Source: Dickeya solani IPO 2222 (lineage in GTDB: Bacteria; Pseudomonadota; Gammaproteobacteria; Enterobacterales; Enterobacteriaceae). From it: a stretch of DNA of 32,000 nt. A program made the position numbers and the translations under genes. Positions 1 through 8,482 of the stretch are shown here, piece by piece (within the stretch, counting starts at the first letter, position 1; each line of letters starts with the position of its first letter). The stretch is from the NCBI RefSeq assembly GCF_001644705.1, contig NZ_CP015137.1, forward strand, positions 1,770,001 to 1,802,000, written 5' to 3'. A model generated the notes under the pieces. That model ran no database searches. It was not told where the DNA came from and worked only from the letters and a program-made list of their open reading frames with translations.

Positions 1-99
1 CGGGACGGCTCAGCGAATGATGTCCATCAGAAGAACTGGGACAACAACTGGCGGCAGCAGTTGGCGCGTAAAGGCGTCCGAATTAGCAATGAGGGGTAG
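1..99 (+). CDS. 3' end of an unidentified CDS entering from the left edge (32 codons, TAG at 97-99)
   Basis: Frame 1 is open from base 1 to TAG 97-99 (..DVHQKNWDNNWRQQLARKGVRISNEG*) with GC-rich third codon positions. It is too short to assign a family and is convergent with yhhW. Confidence 0.3.
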   Translation, partial: RDGSANDVHQKNWDNNWRQQLARKGVRISNEG

Positions 100-227
100 A
101 AGCATAAGCCTATCGGGAACGAAACCAGCCTCAACCGCTGGCATTTGGTAGCGGAATTATACCTCCGCTGCACGGCGGCGAACCAGGGCGATCCGGCACG
201 GAATCGCCCCTCTAAACACAGCCGCCG

Positions 228-926
228 TCACTTGACCGGCGGTAAATCAAACAGCAGGATTTCGCTGTCTTCGCTGGCGCGCACGGTGATGGAATCCTCA
301 TCCCAAATAGCCAGTGCATCGCTGCCGGTAGCCTGCTGACCGTTGATCTCAATCGTACCGCTTACCACCTGGATCCACAGGCGGCGGCCCTGCTGGGTCT
401 GGTAGGCCGACTCTTCCTGCGATTTCAGCGCCCAGCGCCACAGCGTCATGTCCTGGAACACCTTCAGCGACCCGTCGCGGGCATCCGGCGACAACACCAG
501 TTGACGGCCCTGTGGCGCATCAAAACGGCGCTGCTCGTAACGCGGCGTCAGGCCGGTTTTTTCCGGGATCACCCAGATCTGGTACAGGTGCAGCAATTTG
601 TCCTGACTGGCGTTGTACTCCGAGTGACGGATCCCGGTGCCGGCGCTCATGATCTGAAACTCGCCCGCCTGGATCTGCTCTTTGTTGCCCATGCTGTCCT
701 GATGTTCCACCGTGCCTTGCAGCACATAGGTGAGGATTTCCATATCCCGGTGCGGGTGGGTTCCAAAACCCTGGCCACCCTCGATACGGTCTTCATTGAT
801 CACCCGCAGCGCGGAGAAGCCCATGAAATCAGGGTCGTAGTAATCGGCGAATGAAAAAGTATGCCAGCTGTCGAGCCAGCCGTGATTGGCATGGCCGCGA
901 TCTTGTGCTTTACGTAAATAGATCAT
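228..926 (-). CDS. yhhW: Pirin-family cupin protein YhhW (quercetin 2,3-dioxygenase type)
   Basis: The product MIYLRKAQDRGHANHGWLDSWHTFSFADYYDP..GFGTHPHRDMEILTYVL..HSEYN is collinear with E. coli YhhW as I recall it. GGAGG lies 8 nt upstream of ATG 926. I dropped the 5-codon upstream extension of the ORF (to 941). Confidence 0.9.
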   Translation of the reverse strand: MIYLRKAQDRGHANHGWLDSWHTFSFADYYDPDFMGFSALRVINEDRIEGGQGFGTHPHRDMEILTYVLQGTVEHQDSMGNKEQIQAGEFQIMSAGTGIRHSEYNASQDKLLHLYQIWVIPEKTGLTPRYEQRRFDAPQGRQLVLSPDARDGSLKVFQDMTLWRWALKSQEESAYQTQQGRRLWIQVVSGTIEINGQQATGSDALAIWDEDSITVRASEDSEILLFDLPPVK

Positions 927-1004
927 CTTGTGTTCCTCCAACGTTTTTTTCAGTCTAGCGGCCGCCGGAGAATAAGAAAGCCGAAAAAACTCACCGCTCT
1001 ATTC

Positions 1005-1038
1005 AAAAAATTTCCGGGAGAAATTTTTGATGTCGCAC
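1005..1038. repeat. Copy 1 of a 34-bp direct repeat carrying a 9-bp stem inverted repeat
   Basis: The sequence is AAAAAATTTCCGGGAGAAATTTTTGATGTCGCAC. It contains the internal palindrome AAAAATTTC-CGGGA-GAAATTTTT. Confidence 0.85.
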
Positions 1039-1079
1039 CGCGACGGCCCACAGGGTGGCGGCCAGGGATGGCACGCCAC

Positions 1080-1113
1080 AAAAAATTTCCGGGAGAAATT
1101 TTTGACGTCGCAC
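1080..1113. repeat. Copy 2 of the 34-bp direct repeat (33/34 identical, 75 bp downstream of copy 1)
   Basis: The sequence is AAAAAATTTCCGGGAGAAATTTTTGACGTCGCAC, with the same internal palindrome as copy 1. Confidence 0.85.
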
Positions 1114-1161
1114 AGTGGCGAATAAAGCCAATAGGAAACTGGATTCCTAAAAATTCAGGAT

Positions 1162-1282
1162 AAAAAAAAGCCAGCACCCGAGCTGGCTAAGTAATACTGG
1201 AAGCAATGTGAGCAATGTCGTGCCTTCACAGCAAAACCGCGATGAGTCACAAGGATGGATTCATTTGGCTTTCCCGGAACGC
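1162..1282 (-). ncRNA. ryhB: RyhB iron-sparing small RNA (Hfq-dependent, Fur-repressed)
   Basis: The minus strand reads ..AAGGCACGACATTGCTCACATTGCTTCCAGTATTACTTAGCCAGCTCGGGTGCTGGCTTTTTTTT. This is nearly identical to the 3' two-thirds of E. coli RyhB as I recall it, including the terminator hairpin GCCAGC-N6-GCTGGC plus a U8 tract. The 5' end is inferred from the promoter geometry and from GCGTTCCGGGAAAGCC resembling the E. coli 5' end GCGATCAGGAAGACCC. Adjacency to yhhW matches E. coli. Confidence 0.85.
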
Positions 1283-1284
1283 AT

Positions 1285-1318
1285 GGCAATAATAATCATT
1301 ATCATTTGCATCTGTAAA
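1285..1318 (-). promoter_or_regulatory. ryhB promoter with overlapping Fur box
   Basis: The minus strand reads TTTACA (1318-1313), an 18-nt spacer, then TATTAT (1294-1289), with the predicted +1 six nt downstream. GATAATGATTATTATTGCC (1303-1285) matches 15/19 of the Fur consensus GATAATGATAATCATTATC. Confidence 0.65.
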
Positions 1319-1460
1319 GCGTTTTTTTGCTCAATACAAAGAAAAGTCACGCCTGAGATCGCCGGCCTGCCTGATGTTCCGACGATATTGCCGTTGCCAT
1401 GAAGGATTATTTTTTCAGAATCAAATGGTTAACTTTTAACCATGCACAACGAGTGGGAAT

Positions 1461-1500
1461 AAAAAATAAACGCCCTCTCCTCGTTAACATTGAGAGGGCG
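1461..1500 (-). terminator. Rho-independent terminator of glpABC
   Basis: The minus strand reads CGCCCTCTC-(12 nt loop)-GAGAGGGCG followed by TTTATTTTTT, starting 19 nt after the glpC stop. Confidence 0.8.
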
Positions 1501-1518
1501 GCAATACACTCAAGCTAG

Positions 1519-2721
1519 TTACGCCGGTAGCGCTTTGGCCAGTAAGCTGAAGGGATGTTCGCAGGGTTTACCGGTCGACATTTCAATCTGCCATTTGCAG
1601 GTTTCGCAATCGGTGATCACCAGATCGGCGCCGCTTGCGTCAATCTGCCGGAACAAAGGCGCGCCAATCCCTTGCGCAGTATCGTAGTTTTCCTTCTTGA
1701 AACCATAGGTCCCGGCGATGCCGCAACACTGGGAATCCAACACCTGCAACTCCAGCCCCGGGATCCGCCGCAGCAGTTCCAGCGTATACGCAGTCCACCC
1801 CATGCGTTCCAGATGGCAGGGGGTGTGATACACCACCCGCAGCGGCAAAGGTTGCAACGACAGCGTCCGGCCCTGCTCCAGCAAACGATAAAGGTGACGA
1901 GTCGCCAGTTCAATGCCATCGCGCACATGGTGGTTGTCCACCCCCAGCAGATGCGGATATTCATCGCGCAGCGTGAAAGTGCAACTGGACGAAGTAGCAA
2001 TGACCGGCAAGCCCCGGCTGTTGATGGCATCATCCAGCGAGGCCAGATTGAAGCGCGCCTGTTTGCGCGCTTTATCAAGAAAACGGTTGGCGATCAGCGC
2101 TACACCGCAGCATTTCTCTTTGGTCAGCAGCTGTACCCCAACCCCCATCGCGTTAAACACGCGGATCAGATCGCGTCCCAGTTGCGGGTGGTTGTAGTTG
2201 ACGTAGCAGCCGTGGAAATAGGCCACCTGTTCGGCAAACTGCCGTTGATGCGCCGCCTGTTGGCGATACCAGTTGCGGAAAGTGCCGTGGGAATAACGCG
2301 GCAGTTGGCGGCGATGGTCGATTTTCAACGCCTTGTCCAGCAGTTGGCGCATCGGTTTCAACCCGGTGAGGGTGTTCACCAACGGCGCAAACGGCGTGGC
2401 GACCGTCCCCATCAGGTCAGTGTGGCTAAGAATGGCGTCACGCAGCGTCGGGCGGTGCTGGCTATGGCTGGCTTTAGCGCGCTGGATGATGTCGCCGATT
2501 TTGACATCCGATGGACAAGCGACCTCGCACCGCTTGCAGTTGGTGCAATACTTCAACGCCTCGTCAAACAACGCCGGGTCTTTGCGCCGCAGCCGCTCGC
2601 CATCCGGCCCCGCCTGTTTCGGCCCCGGATAGAGCGGATTGACGCGTGCCACCGGGCAGGCGGTGGTACAGACGGTGCATTTGATGCAGTTTTCGAAACT
2701 GGTGTCAGGCCGGTTCATCAT
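1519..2721 (-). CDS. glpC: Anaerobic glycerol-3-phosphate dehydrogenase subunit C (Fe-S / CCG-domain subunit)
   Basis: The 400-aa product (MMNRPDTSFENCIKCTVCTTACP..CTNCKRCEVACP..) is collinear with E. coli GlpC. ATG 2721 overlaps the glpB stop (ATGA) and has an AAGGGAG RBS. I rejected the ORF-track extension to 2787. Confidence 0.95.
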   Translation of the reverse strand: MMNRPDTSFENCIKCTVCTTACPVARVNPLYPGPKQAGPDGERLRRKDPALFDEALKYCTNCKRCEVACPSDVKIGDIIQRAKASHSQHRPTLRDAILSHTDLMGTVATPFAPLVNTLTGLKPMRQLLDKALKIDHRRQLPRYSHGTFRNWYRQQAAHQRQFAEQVAYFHGCYVNYNHPQLGRDLIRVFNAMGVGVQLLTKEKCCGVALIANRFLDKARKQARFNLASLDDAINSRGLPVIATSSSCTFTLRDEYPHLLGVDNHHVRDGIELATRHLYRLLEQGRTLSLQPLPLRVVYHTPCHLERMGWTAYTLELLRRIPGLELQVLDSQCCGIAGTYGFKKENYDTAQGIGAPLFRQIDASGADLVITDCETCKWQIEMSTGKPCEHPFSLLAKALPA

Positions 2722-3968
2722 GGGTGCTCCCTTATGATCATCTCGGCGGCGTACAGCGCGGTCAGCAGGGATACTCCACCGCCGCATCCCTGCCGCAACG
2801 GGTCATATCCCCGCAATACCGAGCCAATCGCATACAAACGGGGCTGGCGATGGCCGCCGATAGCCGGATGCAAATGCTCATCCGCCGCTACACCGAATTG
2901 CAGGTAGGGCTGAGCGGCGAACAGATTCGGCCGGCTCCAGTCTTCATGAGCGGGCAGGAAATCAACGTCCAGCCCGAACACCGGCTCCACCACCCGATCG
3001 CGCTCGGCCACCAGACCATTACTAAAAAAGCTGCCGCTCGCCAATACCACGTGGTCGGTGCACAGCGGTATATCTCCGTGGCTGCGGGTATACAGCGCCA
3101 CACCGTCTTCCCGCGGTTGCGCCGACAACACCCGATCTCCCGGCATCAGCGTTCCACCGGCCTGACGAAAGCGATTCAGCAGCGCCTGATGCATACGCAT
3201 GCCCGGCAACGACGGCGGCAGCGTCGCCAATAACCCCACCGGTTTACCCAGCGCCGCATTCAGCCGCGCCTGCGCCTCCAGACCGATGCAGGCAGGCAGA
3301 ATCACGGCGTCATTGCCGTTCGCCCGCGTCAGCAGTTCTTCGGCCAGCGCCGCCGTTCCCGCCGGGGTATCCAGCAGCCGGGCAATCGCCAGCGAGCGAA
3401 ACTCGCTGGCGTTTTGCCGCAAAGCATCCAGCAGCGGCAGGCGCAGATCATCGGCACGGGCCGCGATCCCCTCCGCCTGCAGCGCGCCGGCCACCAGCCG
3501 GGATTGAAAATCCATAAAGCCGTCGATACCGGCGACCAGCGGTTGCCGCCACGCCGGCGACCCCGGCAGGCCGCGCGTCACGCTGTCCGACGGACTGAGC
3601 CAGCACGGATGCCACTTGCCCAACGGGGTAAGGCGCTGATGATTACTCCCGCGCTCCCCCCGCAGCCACAGCCCGCAGCGCGCCAGCAGTGTCTCGGCGT
3701 CCGATGCCAGCTGGCTTACGCGCGTCTTGCCCATCAGAGTGTAAGGATGATGCGGCGCCTGGGCGGCCAGCGCATCCAGCGCCGTCAACGGCTGGTCAAC
3801 CACCGTGCCGTCCGGCAGCGTCGCCAGCAGGTCCAGCGCGCCGGACGCAAAGGTCAGCGCGCTTTGCCCGACGCTGACCACGGCGCAGCGTTTACCCTGC
3901 TCTTGCAGGCGAATGCCGCAGGCTAACCCGGCCAGCCCGCCGCCAATGATCACCACGTCATAACGCAT
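2718..3968 (-). CDS. glpB: Anaerobic glycerol-3-phosphate dehydrogenase subunit B
   Basis: The N-terminus MRYDVVIIGGGLAGL is an FAD-binding motif, and the product is collinear with E. coli GlpB. The start overlaps the 3' end of glpA by 11 nt. Confidence 0.95.
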   Translation of the reverse strand: MRYDVVIIGGGLAGLACGIRLQEQGKRCAVVSVGQSALTFASGALDLLATLPDGTVVDQPLTALDALAAQAPHHPYTLMGKTRVSQLASDAETLLARCGLWLRGERGSNHQRLTPLGKWHPCWLSPSDSVTRGLPGSPAWRQPLVAGIDGFMDFQSRLVAGALQAEGIAARADDLRLPLLDALRQNASEFRSLAIARLLDTPAGTAALAEELLTRANGNDAVILPACIGLEAQARLNAALGKPVGLLATLPPSLPGMRMHQALLNRFRQAGGTLMPGDRVLSAQPREDGVALYTRSHGDIPLCTDHVVLASGSFFSNGLVAERDRVVEPVFGLDVDFLPAHEDWSRPNLFAAQPYLQFGVAADEHLHPAIGGHRQPRLYAIGSVLRGYDPLRQGCGGGVSLLTALYAAEMIIREHP

Positions 3969-5601
3969 CGCTGTTCTCCTGCTCCCGGCTTTCGGTCAGC
4001 CCGCACAGCCCCTGATAAATCCAACTGGTAAATTCGCTTTCCCGCAGCGTGTGCCCCCAGGCGATGGGGCGCATGCCTTTCCAGCGCTCGTTGAGAAACT
4101 GGCTCAATTGCGACACCGCCTGATGCGGCGTGGACTGTCCCAGCCGGCACAACAGGCCGGCCGCGCGGCAGGCGCACAGTTCCCCCTGACAGGTGCCCAT
4201 GCCGACGCGGGTACGGCGGCGCAGGTCAGTCAGGTTGTTGACCTGCAGCGATTCCACCGCATAACGCACCTCGCCGGCCGTCACCGCTTCGCATTCACAC
4301 ACCAGACTGCTGTCCACCCGCTGGCCGGAAACCAACGGCGCGGCGCGATGTCCGTGGCGATAAATCGCCGAGCCGCGCAACGGCGCCGACAGCGGCGACG
4401 CGGCCTGCGGCGTGTCCGGATTCTGCGTCTCCGACCCCGGTAACGGCCGTGACGCGGTGGCGCATTCGGCTCGGTGGCCGAGCTTCTCGCATACCTTGTC
4501 CGTCACCCATTCCGCCATCAGCCGATAGGTCATCAGCTTGCCGCCGGTAATGGTGACAAACCCTTCCAGCCCGTCCCGGCTGGCGTGGTCCAGCAGCACG
4601 ATACCGCGACTAACGCTGCGCCCGGACGGGTCGTTATCACTCGCCACCAGCGGCCGCACCCCGGCGTAGGCGCGCAGAATGCGGGTTTGCGCCAGTTGCG
4701 GCGCCAGCAGGCTGCCTTCGCGGATCAGGGTATCGACTTCCTCCGGGGTAACGGTCATCCGGTCGATCTGGTCGTAGTCGATACGGGTCGAGGTGGTGCC
4801 AATCAGCGAAATGGTGTCGCCCGGCACCAGAATGTCGGCGTCCGCCGGCTTACGGCAGCGGTTGATCACCCGGTTGTTGATGCGGTGGCCCAGAATCAAC
4901 AGCGCGCCCTTGGCCGGAAACATGCGCACGGTGAGGTCGGCGTATTCAGCGATACGCTGCCCCCAGATACCACCCGCGTTCACCACCACCTGCGCATAAA
5001 TCTCGCTGGCCAGGTGGCGTTTGTGGTCGAAAACGCGCACGCCGATGACGCGGTCGCCCTGGCGAATCAACCCGATGACCTCGTGATAGGTCAGCACTTC
5101 CGCGCCATGCTCGCAGGCGTCGATCATATTGGCGGCGGTCAGCCGGAACGGGTCCACGGTACCGTCCGGCACCCGTACCGCGCCGATCAACGACGGATTG
5201 GCCGCCGGCTCCAGTCGCAACGCCTCCTGCGGATCGATCGCCTGCGCCGGGATCCCTGCCTGCCGGCAGGCGGCGACAAACCGCGCCTGATAGTCGAGGT
5301 CATCCTGCGGCAACGTCAGAAACAGGCCGTCGGTCGGCTCAATACAGTGGCGGGCGATGCGTCGCAGAATCTGGTTTTCTTCAATGCATTCGCGGGCGGA
5401 TTCAGCATCAGTGACCGCATAACGCGCCCCGCTGTGCAACAACCCATGATTACGACCGGTGGCGCCAGTGGCGATGTCGTGCCGTTCCAGCAGCAGGCAC
5501 CGCAAACCACGCAACGCGCAGTCGCGGGCGGTCCCTGCACCGGTGGCGCCGCCGCCGATAATCACCACATCCGTTTCACGCCGCAAACCATCGTTCGCCA
5601 T
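3958..5601 (-). CDS. glpA: Anaerobic glycerol-3-phosphate dehydrogenase subunit A (FAD)
   Basis: MANDGLRRETDVVIIGGGATGAGTARDCALRGL..RNHGLLHSGARYAV matches E. coli GlpA. I chose ATG 5601 (GAGGTGGGGA upstream) rather than the ORF-track start at 5661, because E. coli GlpA has only ~10 residues before the GGGATG motif. Confidence 0.93.
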   Translation of the reverse strand: MANDGLRRETDVVIIGGGATGAGTARDCALRGLRCLLLERHDIATGATGRNHGLLHSGARYAVTDAESARECIEENQILRRIARHCIEPTDGLFLTLPQDDLDYQARFVAACRQAGIPAQAIDPQEALRLEPAANPSLIGAVRVPDGTVDPFRLTAANMIDACEHGAEVLTYHEVIGLIRQGDRVIGVRVFDHKRHLASEIYAQVVVNAGGIWGQRIAEYADLTVRMFPAKGALLILGHRINNRVINRCRKPADADILVPGDTISLIGTTSTRIDYDQIDRMTVTPEEVDTLIREGSLLAPQLAQTRILRAYAGVRPLVASDNDPSGRSVSRGIVLLDHASRDGLEGFVTITGGKLMTYRLMAEWVTDKVCEKLGHRAECATASRPLPGSETQNPDTPQAASPLSAPLRGSAIYRHGHRAAPLVSGQRVDSSLVCECEAVTAGEVRYAVESLQVNNLTDLRRRTRVGMGTCQGELCACRAAGLLCRLGQSTPHQAVSQLSQFLNERWKGMRPIAWGHTLRESEFTSWIYQGLCGLTESREQENSDAL

Positions 5602-5666
5602 TACCGTCCCCACCTCAATCCGGATCCTCTCTGTGTGTAGTGGGACATAAATCGCCGCCACGATGA

Positions 5667-5680
5667 TTGATAAAGAACAA
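5667..5680. promoter_or_regulatory. FNR-like site upstream of glpA
   Basis: TTGAT-AAAG-AACAA matches 9/10 of the FNR consensus TTGAT-N4-ATCAA and lies 66-79 bp upstream of the glpA ATG. Anaerobic Fnr-dependent induction of glpA is known in E. coli. Confidence 0.4.
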
Positions 5681-5725
5681 AAACACTCAAAAAACGAAAA
5701 TTAAACCGCAGTAAGACGACGAATA

Positions 5726-5741
5726 TGTGATTCAAATCACT
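5726..5741. promoter_or_regulatory. cAMP-CRP binding site in the glpA/glpT divergent region
   Basis: TGTGA-TTCAAA-TCACT matches 9/10 of TGTGA-N6-TCACA. The glp regulon is CRP-dependent in E. coli. Confidence 0.6.
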
Positions 5742-5902
5742 CAGAAATGAAAAATGGTTATTTCATTTGTGTTACTCACAGCCCAAAATGACCCTCCTCG
5801 TCATAAAAGTGTAACAATTGCGCGTTTACTCACACTGAATACCACGCGCATTCGCTACGCTGGCGAGCGTTATAGAACATAACTATCGGGGATCGTTTAT
5901 TT

Positions 5903-7252
5903 ATGCTGAGTATTTTCAAGCCTGCGGCACATCGTCCGCGCGTAGAGGAACATCGGGTGGATCCGCTCTACCGCAGTCTGCGCTGGCAAATTTTTCTGGG
6001 GATCTTTTTCGGCTACGCCGCCTACTATCTGGTCAGGAAGAATTTCGCGCTGGCGATGCCTTATCTGATCGAACAGGGCTTCTCCAAAGGCGATCTGGGC
6101 TTCGCATTGTCCGGCATTTCAATTGCCTACGGGTTTTCCAAATTCATCATGGGTTCGGTGTCCGACCGCTCCAACCCGCGCGTATTCCTGCCCGCCGGTC
6201 TGATTCTGGCGGCGGCGGTCATGTTGTTTATGGGCTTCGTGCCGTGGGCGACGTCCAGCATCATGGTGATGTTCGTGCTGCTGTTCATCTGCGGCTGGTT
6301 CCAGGGCATGGGCTGGCCGCCGTGCGGCCGTACCATGGTGCACTGGTGGTCGCAGAAAGAACGCGGCGGCATTGTGTCGGTCTGGAACTGCGCGCACAAC
6401 GTGGGCGGCGGCATCCCGCCGCTGCTGTTCCTGCTGGGAATGGCCTGGTTCAACGACTGGAAAGCCGCGCTCTATATGCCGGCGTTCGCCGCTATTGTGG
6501 TGGCGCTGTTCGCCTTCGCCATGATGCGCGACACGCCGCAGTCCTGTGGTCTGCCGCCGATCGAAGAATACAAAAATGATTATCCGGTGGACTACAGCGA
6601 AAAAGACGAACAGGAGCTGACGGCCAAAGAAATCTTTATGCAGTACGTGTTCCCCAACAAATTGTTGTGGTACATCGCCTTTGCCAACGTGTTCGTCTAC
6701 CTGCTGCGTTACGGCATTCTCGACTGGTCGCCGACCTATCTCAAAGAGGTGAAGCACTTTGCGCTGGATAAGTCTTCACTGGCTTACTTCCTGTATGAAT
6801 ACGCCGGTATTCCGGGCACGCTGCTGTGCGGCTGGATGTCCGACAAGGTGTTCAGGGGTAACCGCGGCGCCACCGGCGTGTTCTTCATGAGCCTGGTGAC
6901 CATCGCCACCGTGGTGTACTGGCTGAACCCGGCGGGCAACCCCACCGTGGACATGCTCTGCATGATCGTCATCGGCTTTCTGATCTACGGCCCGGTGATG
7001 TTGATCGGCCTGCATGCGCTGGAACTGGCGCCGAAGAAAGCCGCCGGCACCGCCGCTGGCTTCACCGGCCTGTTCGGTTATCTGGGCGGTTCGGTGGCGG
7101 CCAGCGCCATTGTCGGTTACACCGTGGACTTCTTCGGCTGGGACGGCGGTTTCATGGTGATGATCGGTGGTAGCGTACTGGCGGTGCTGTTACTGATCCT
7201 GACCATGATCAACGAGAAGAAGCACAAGGAAGCGCTGGCGCAACGCGCCTGA
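5903..7252 (+). CDS. glpT: Glycerol-3-phosphate/phosphate antiporter (MFS)
   Basis: The 449-aa product is near-identical along its length to E. coli GlpT ([37 protein letters not shown]..). Confidence 0.97.
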   Translation: MLSIFKPAAHRPRVEEHRVDPLYRSLRWQIFLGIFFGYAAYYLVRKNFALAMPYLIEQGFSKGDLGFALSGISIAYGFSKFIMGSVSDRSNPRVFLPAGLILAAAVMLFMGFVPWATSSIMVMFVLLFICGWFQGMGWPPCGRTMVHWWSQKERGGIVSVWNCAHNVGGGIPPLLFLLGMAWFNDWKAALYMPAFAAIVVALFAFAMMRDTPQSCGLPPIEEYKNDYPVDYSEKDEQELTAKEIFMQYVFPNKLLWYIAFANVFVYLLRYGILDWSPTYLKEVKHFALDKSSLAYFLYEYAGIPGTLLCGWMSDKVFRGNRGATGVFFMSLVTIATVVYWLNPAGNPTVDMLCMIVIGFLIYGPVMLIGLHALELAPKKAAGTAAGFTGLFGYLGGSVAASAIVGYTVDFFGWDGGFMVMIGGSVLAVLLLILTMINEKKHKEALAQRA

Positions 7253-7266
7253 TTCTGTCATCCAGT

Positions 7267-7319
7267 CATGGTTTACTGACGACGAAACCATGCGTTTTAT
7301 CCCCGCCGGACTGGCGGGG
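7267..7319 (+). terminator. Two intercistronic hairpins between glpT and glpQ (possible partial terminator or processing site)
   Basis: The first is CATGGTTT-N10-AAACCATG followed by CGTTTTAT (7267-7300). The second is CCCCGCC-GGACT-GGCGGGG (7301-7319) with no U tract. Confidence 0.35.
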
Positions 7320-7399
7320 AGTTATCAACGATACTTTCATCATGGTAAACGCATCGACTCACCCAGCTTTTCTTTCTCCCACTGAAAAAGGACGCTGAC

Positions 7400-8482
7400 A
7401 TGAATGCTCTGTTCAAGCCTTTACTGGCCGGCATGACGCTGGCAATGTCCCTCTCCGTGCTGGCGCAGGCCGGCGATAAAATCGTGATTGCCCACCGGGG
7501 TGCCAGCGGCTACCTGCCGGAACATACCCTGCCCGCCAAGGCGATGGCCTACGCGCAGGGCGCGGACTATCTGGAGCAGGACCTGGTGATGACCAAAGAT
7601 AACGCGCTGGTGGTGCTGCACGATCACTACCTTGATCGCGTTACCGATGTGGCCGCGCGTTTTCCCGGCCGGGCGCGGGCTGACGGCCGTTACTACGCCA
7701 TCGACTTTACGCTGGCGGAAATCCGCTCGCTTAAATTCACCGAAGGGTTTGACCTGAAGGACGGCAAGCCGGTGCAGAGCTACCCGAATCGCTTCCCGAT
7801 GGGCAAATCGGACTTTCGCATTCACACCTTTCAGGATGAAATCGAATTTATTCAAGGGCTGAATCACTCAACCGGCAAAAACATCGGCATCTATCCGGAA
7901 ATCAAGGCGCCGTGGTTCCATCGTCAGGAGGGCAAAGATATTTCCCGCGCGGTGCTGGAGGTGCTGAAACAGTACGGCTATAGCCAAAAAAGCGACCGGG
8001 TTTACCTGCAATGCTTTGACGCCAACGAGCTACAGCGCATCAAAACCGAACTGGAGCCGGCGCTGGGCATGAACCTGAAGCTGGTGCAACTGATCGCCGA
8101 AACCCGCTGGCAGGAAACCCAGCAGCAACAGCCGGACGGCCGCTGGGTCAACTATGACTACGACTGGATGCTCAAACCGGGCGCGATGCAGAAAATCGCC
8201 CGCTACGCCGACGGCGTCGGCCCCGACTATCACATGCTGCTCAGCGGCGAAGCGGGCAAGGTCGCCATTAGTCCGCTGGTGAAAGAAGCGCACGCCAGCG
8301 GCATGGTGGTGCACCCCTACACGGTGCGGGCGGACCGGCTGCCGAAATACGTCAACGACGTGAACGCGCTCTATGCGCTGCTTTACCGGCAAGCCGATGT
8401 GGACGGCCTGTTCACCGACTTCCCCGACAAGGCCGTCGCGTTCCTGCATTCAGCGCAGGATTCCCAGCTGTCTCAGAGATAA
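7400..8482 (+). CDS. glpQ: Periplasmic glycerophosphodiester phosphodiesterase
   Basis: There is a signal peptide (..SLSVLAQA/GDK), then KIVIAHRGASGYLPEHTLPAKAMAYAQGADYLEQDLVMTKD.., collinear with E. coli GlpQ. Confidence 0.95.
   Translation: MNALFKPLLAGMTLAMSLSVLAQAGDKIVIAHRGASGYLPEHTLPAKAMAYAQGADYLEQDLVMTKDNALVVLHDHYLDRVTDVAARFPGRARADGRYYAIDFTLAEIRSLKFTEGFDLKDGKPVQSYPNRFPMGKSDFRIHTFQDEIEFIQGLNHSTGKNIGIYPEIKAPWFHRQEGKDISRAVLEVLKQYGYSQKSDRVYLQCFDANELQRIKTELEPALGMNLKLVQLIAETRWQETQQQQPDGRWVNYDYDWMLKPGAMQKIARYADGVGPDYHMLLSGEAGKVAISPLVKEAHASGMVVHPYTVRADRLPKYVNDVNALYALLYRQADVDGLFTDFPDKAVAFLHSAQDSQLSQR

Noticed and set aside
186-209. GGGCGAT-N10-ATCGCCC hairpin between the left-edge CDS fragment and the yhhW stop.
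   Set aside because: It is a plausible transcript-end structure, but it has no U tract on either strand and the left-hand gene is unidentified. It is not strong enough to annotate.
930-1177. Mirror ORFs 930-1163 (+, 77 aa) and 950-1177 (-, 75 aa) containing a repeated peptide (..KKFPGEIFDVA..).
   Set aside because: The internal peptide repeat is simply the translation of the 34-bp DNA repeat. There is no RBS, both strands are open because of the palindromes, and the ORFs run into the RyhB terminator.
1208-1402. A 64-aa plus-strand ORF.
   Set aside because: It lies antisense to RyhB and its Fur-box promoter, in an AT-rich region, with no RBS.
1425-1443. ATGGTTAA-CTT-TTAACCAT inverted repeat upstream of the ryhB promoter.
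   Set aside because: The stem is AT-rich with a 3-nt loop, no adjacent U tract and no recognisable operator consensus. It could be chance in an AT-rich spacer.
5768-5780. TGTG-TTACT-CACA as a second CRP site.
   Set aside because: The half-site spacing is wrong for CRP, which needs TGTGA-N6-TCACA. I report it only as an unexplained palindrome.
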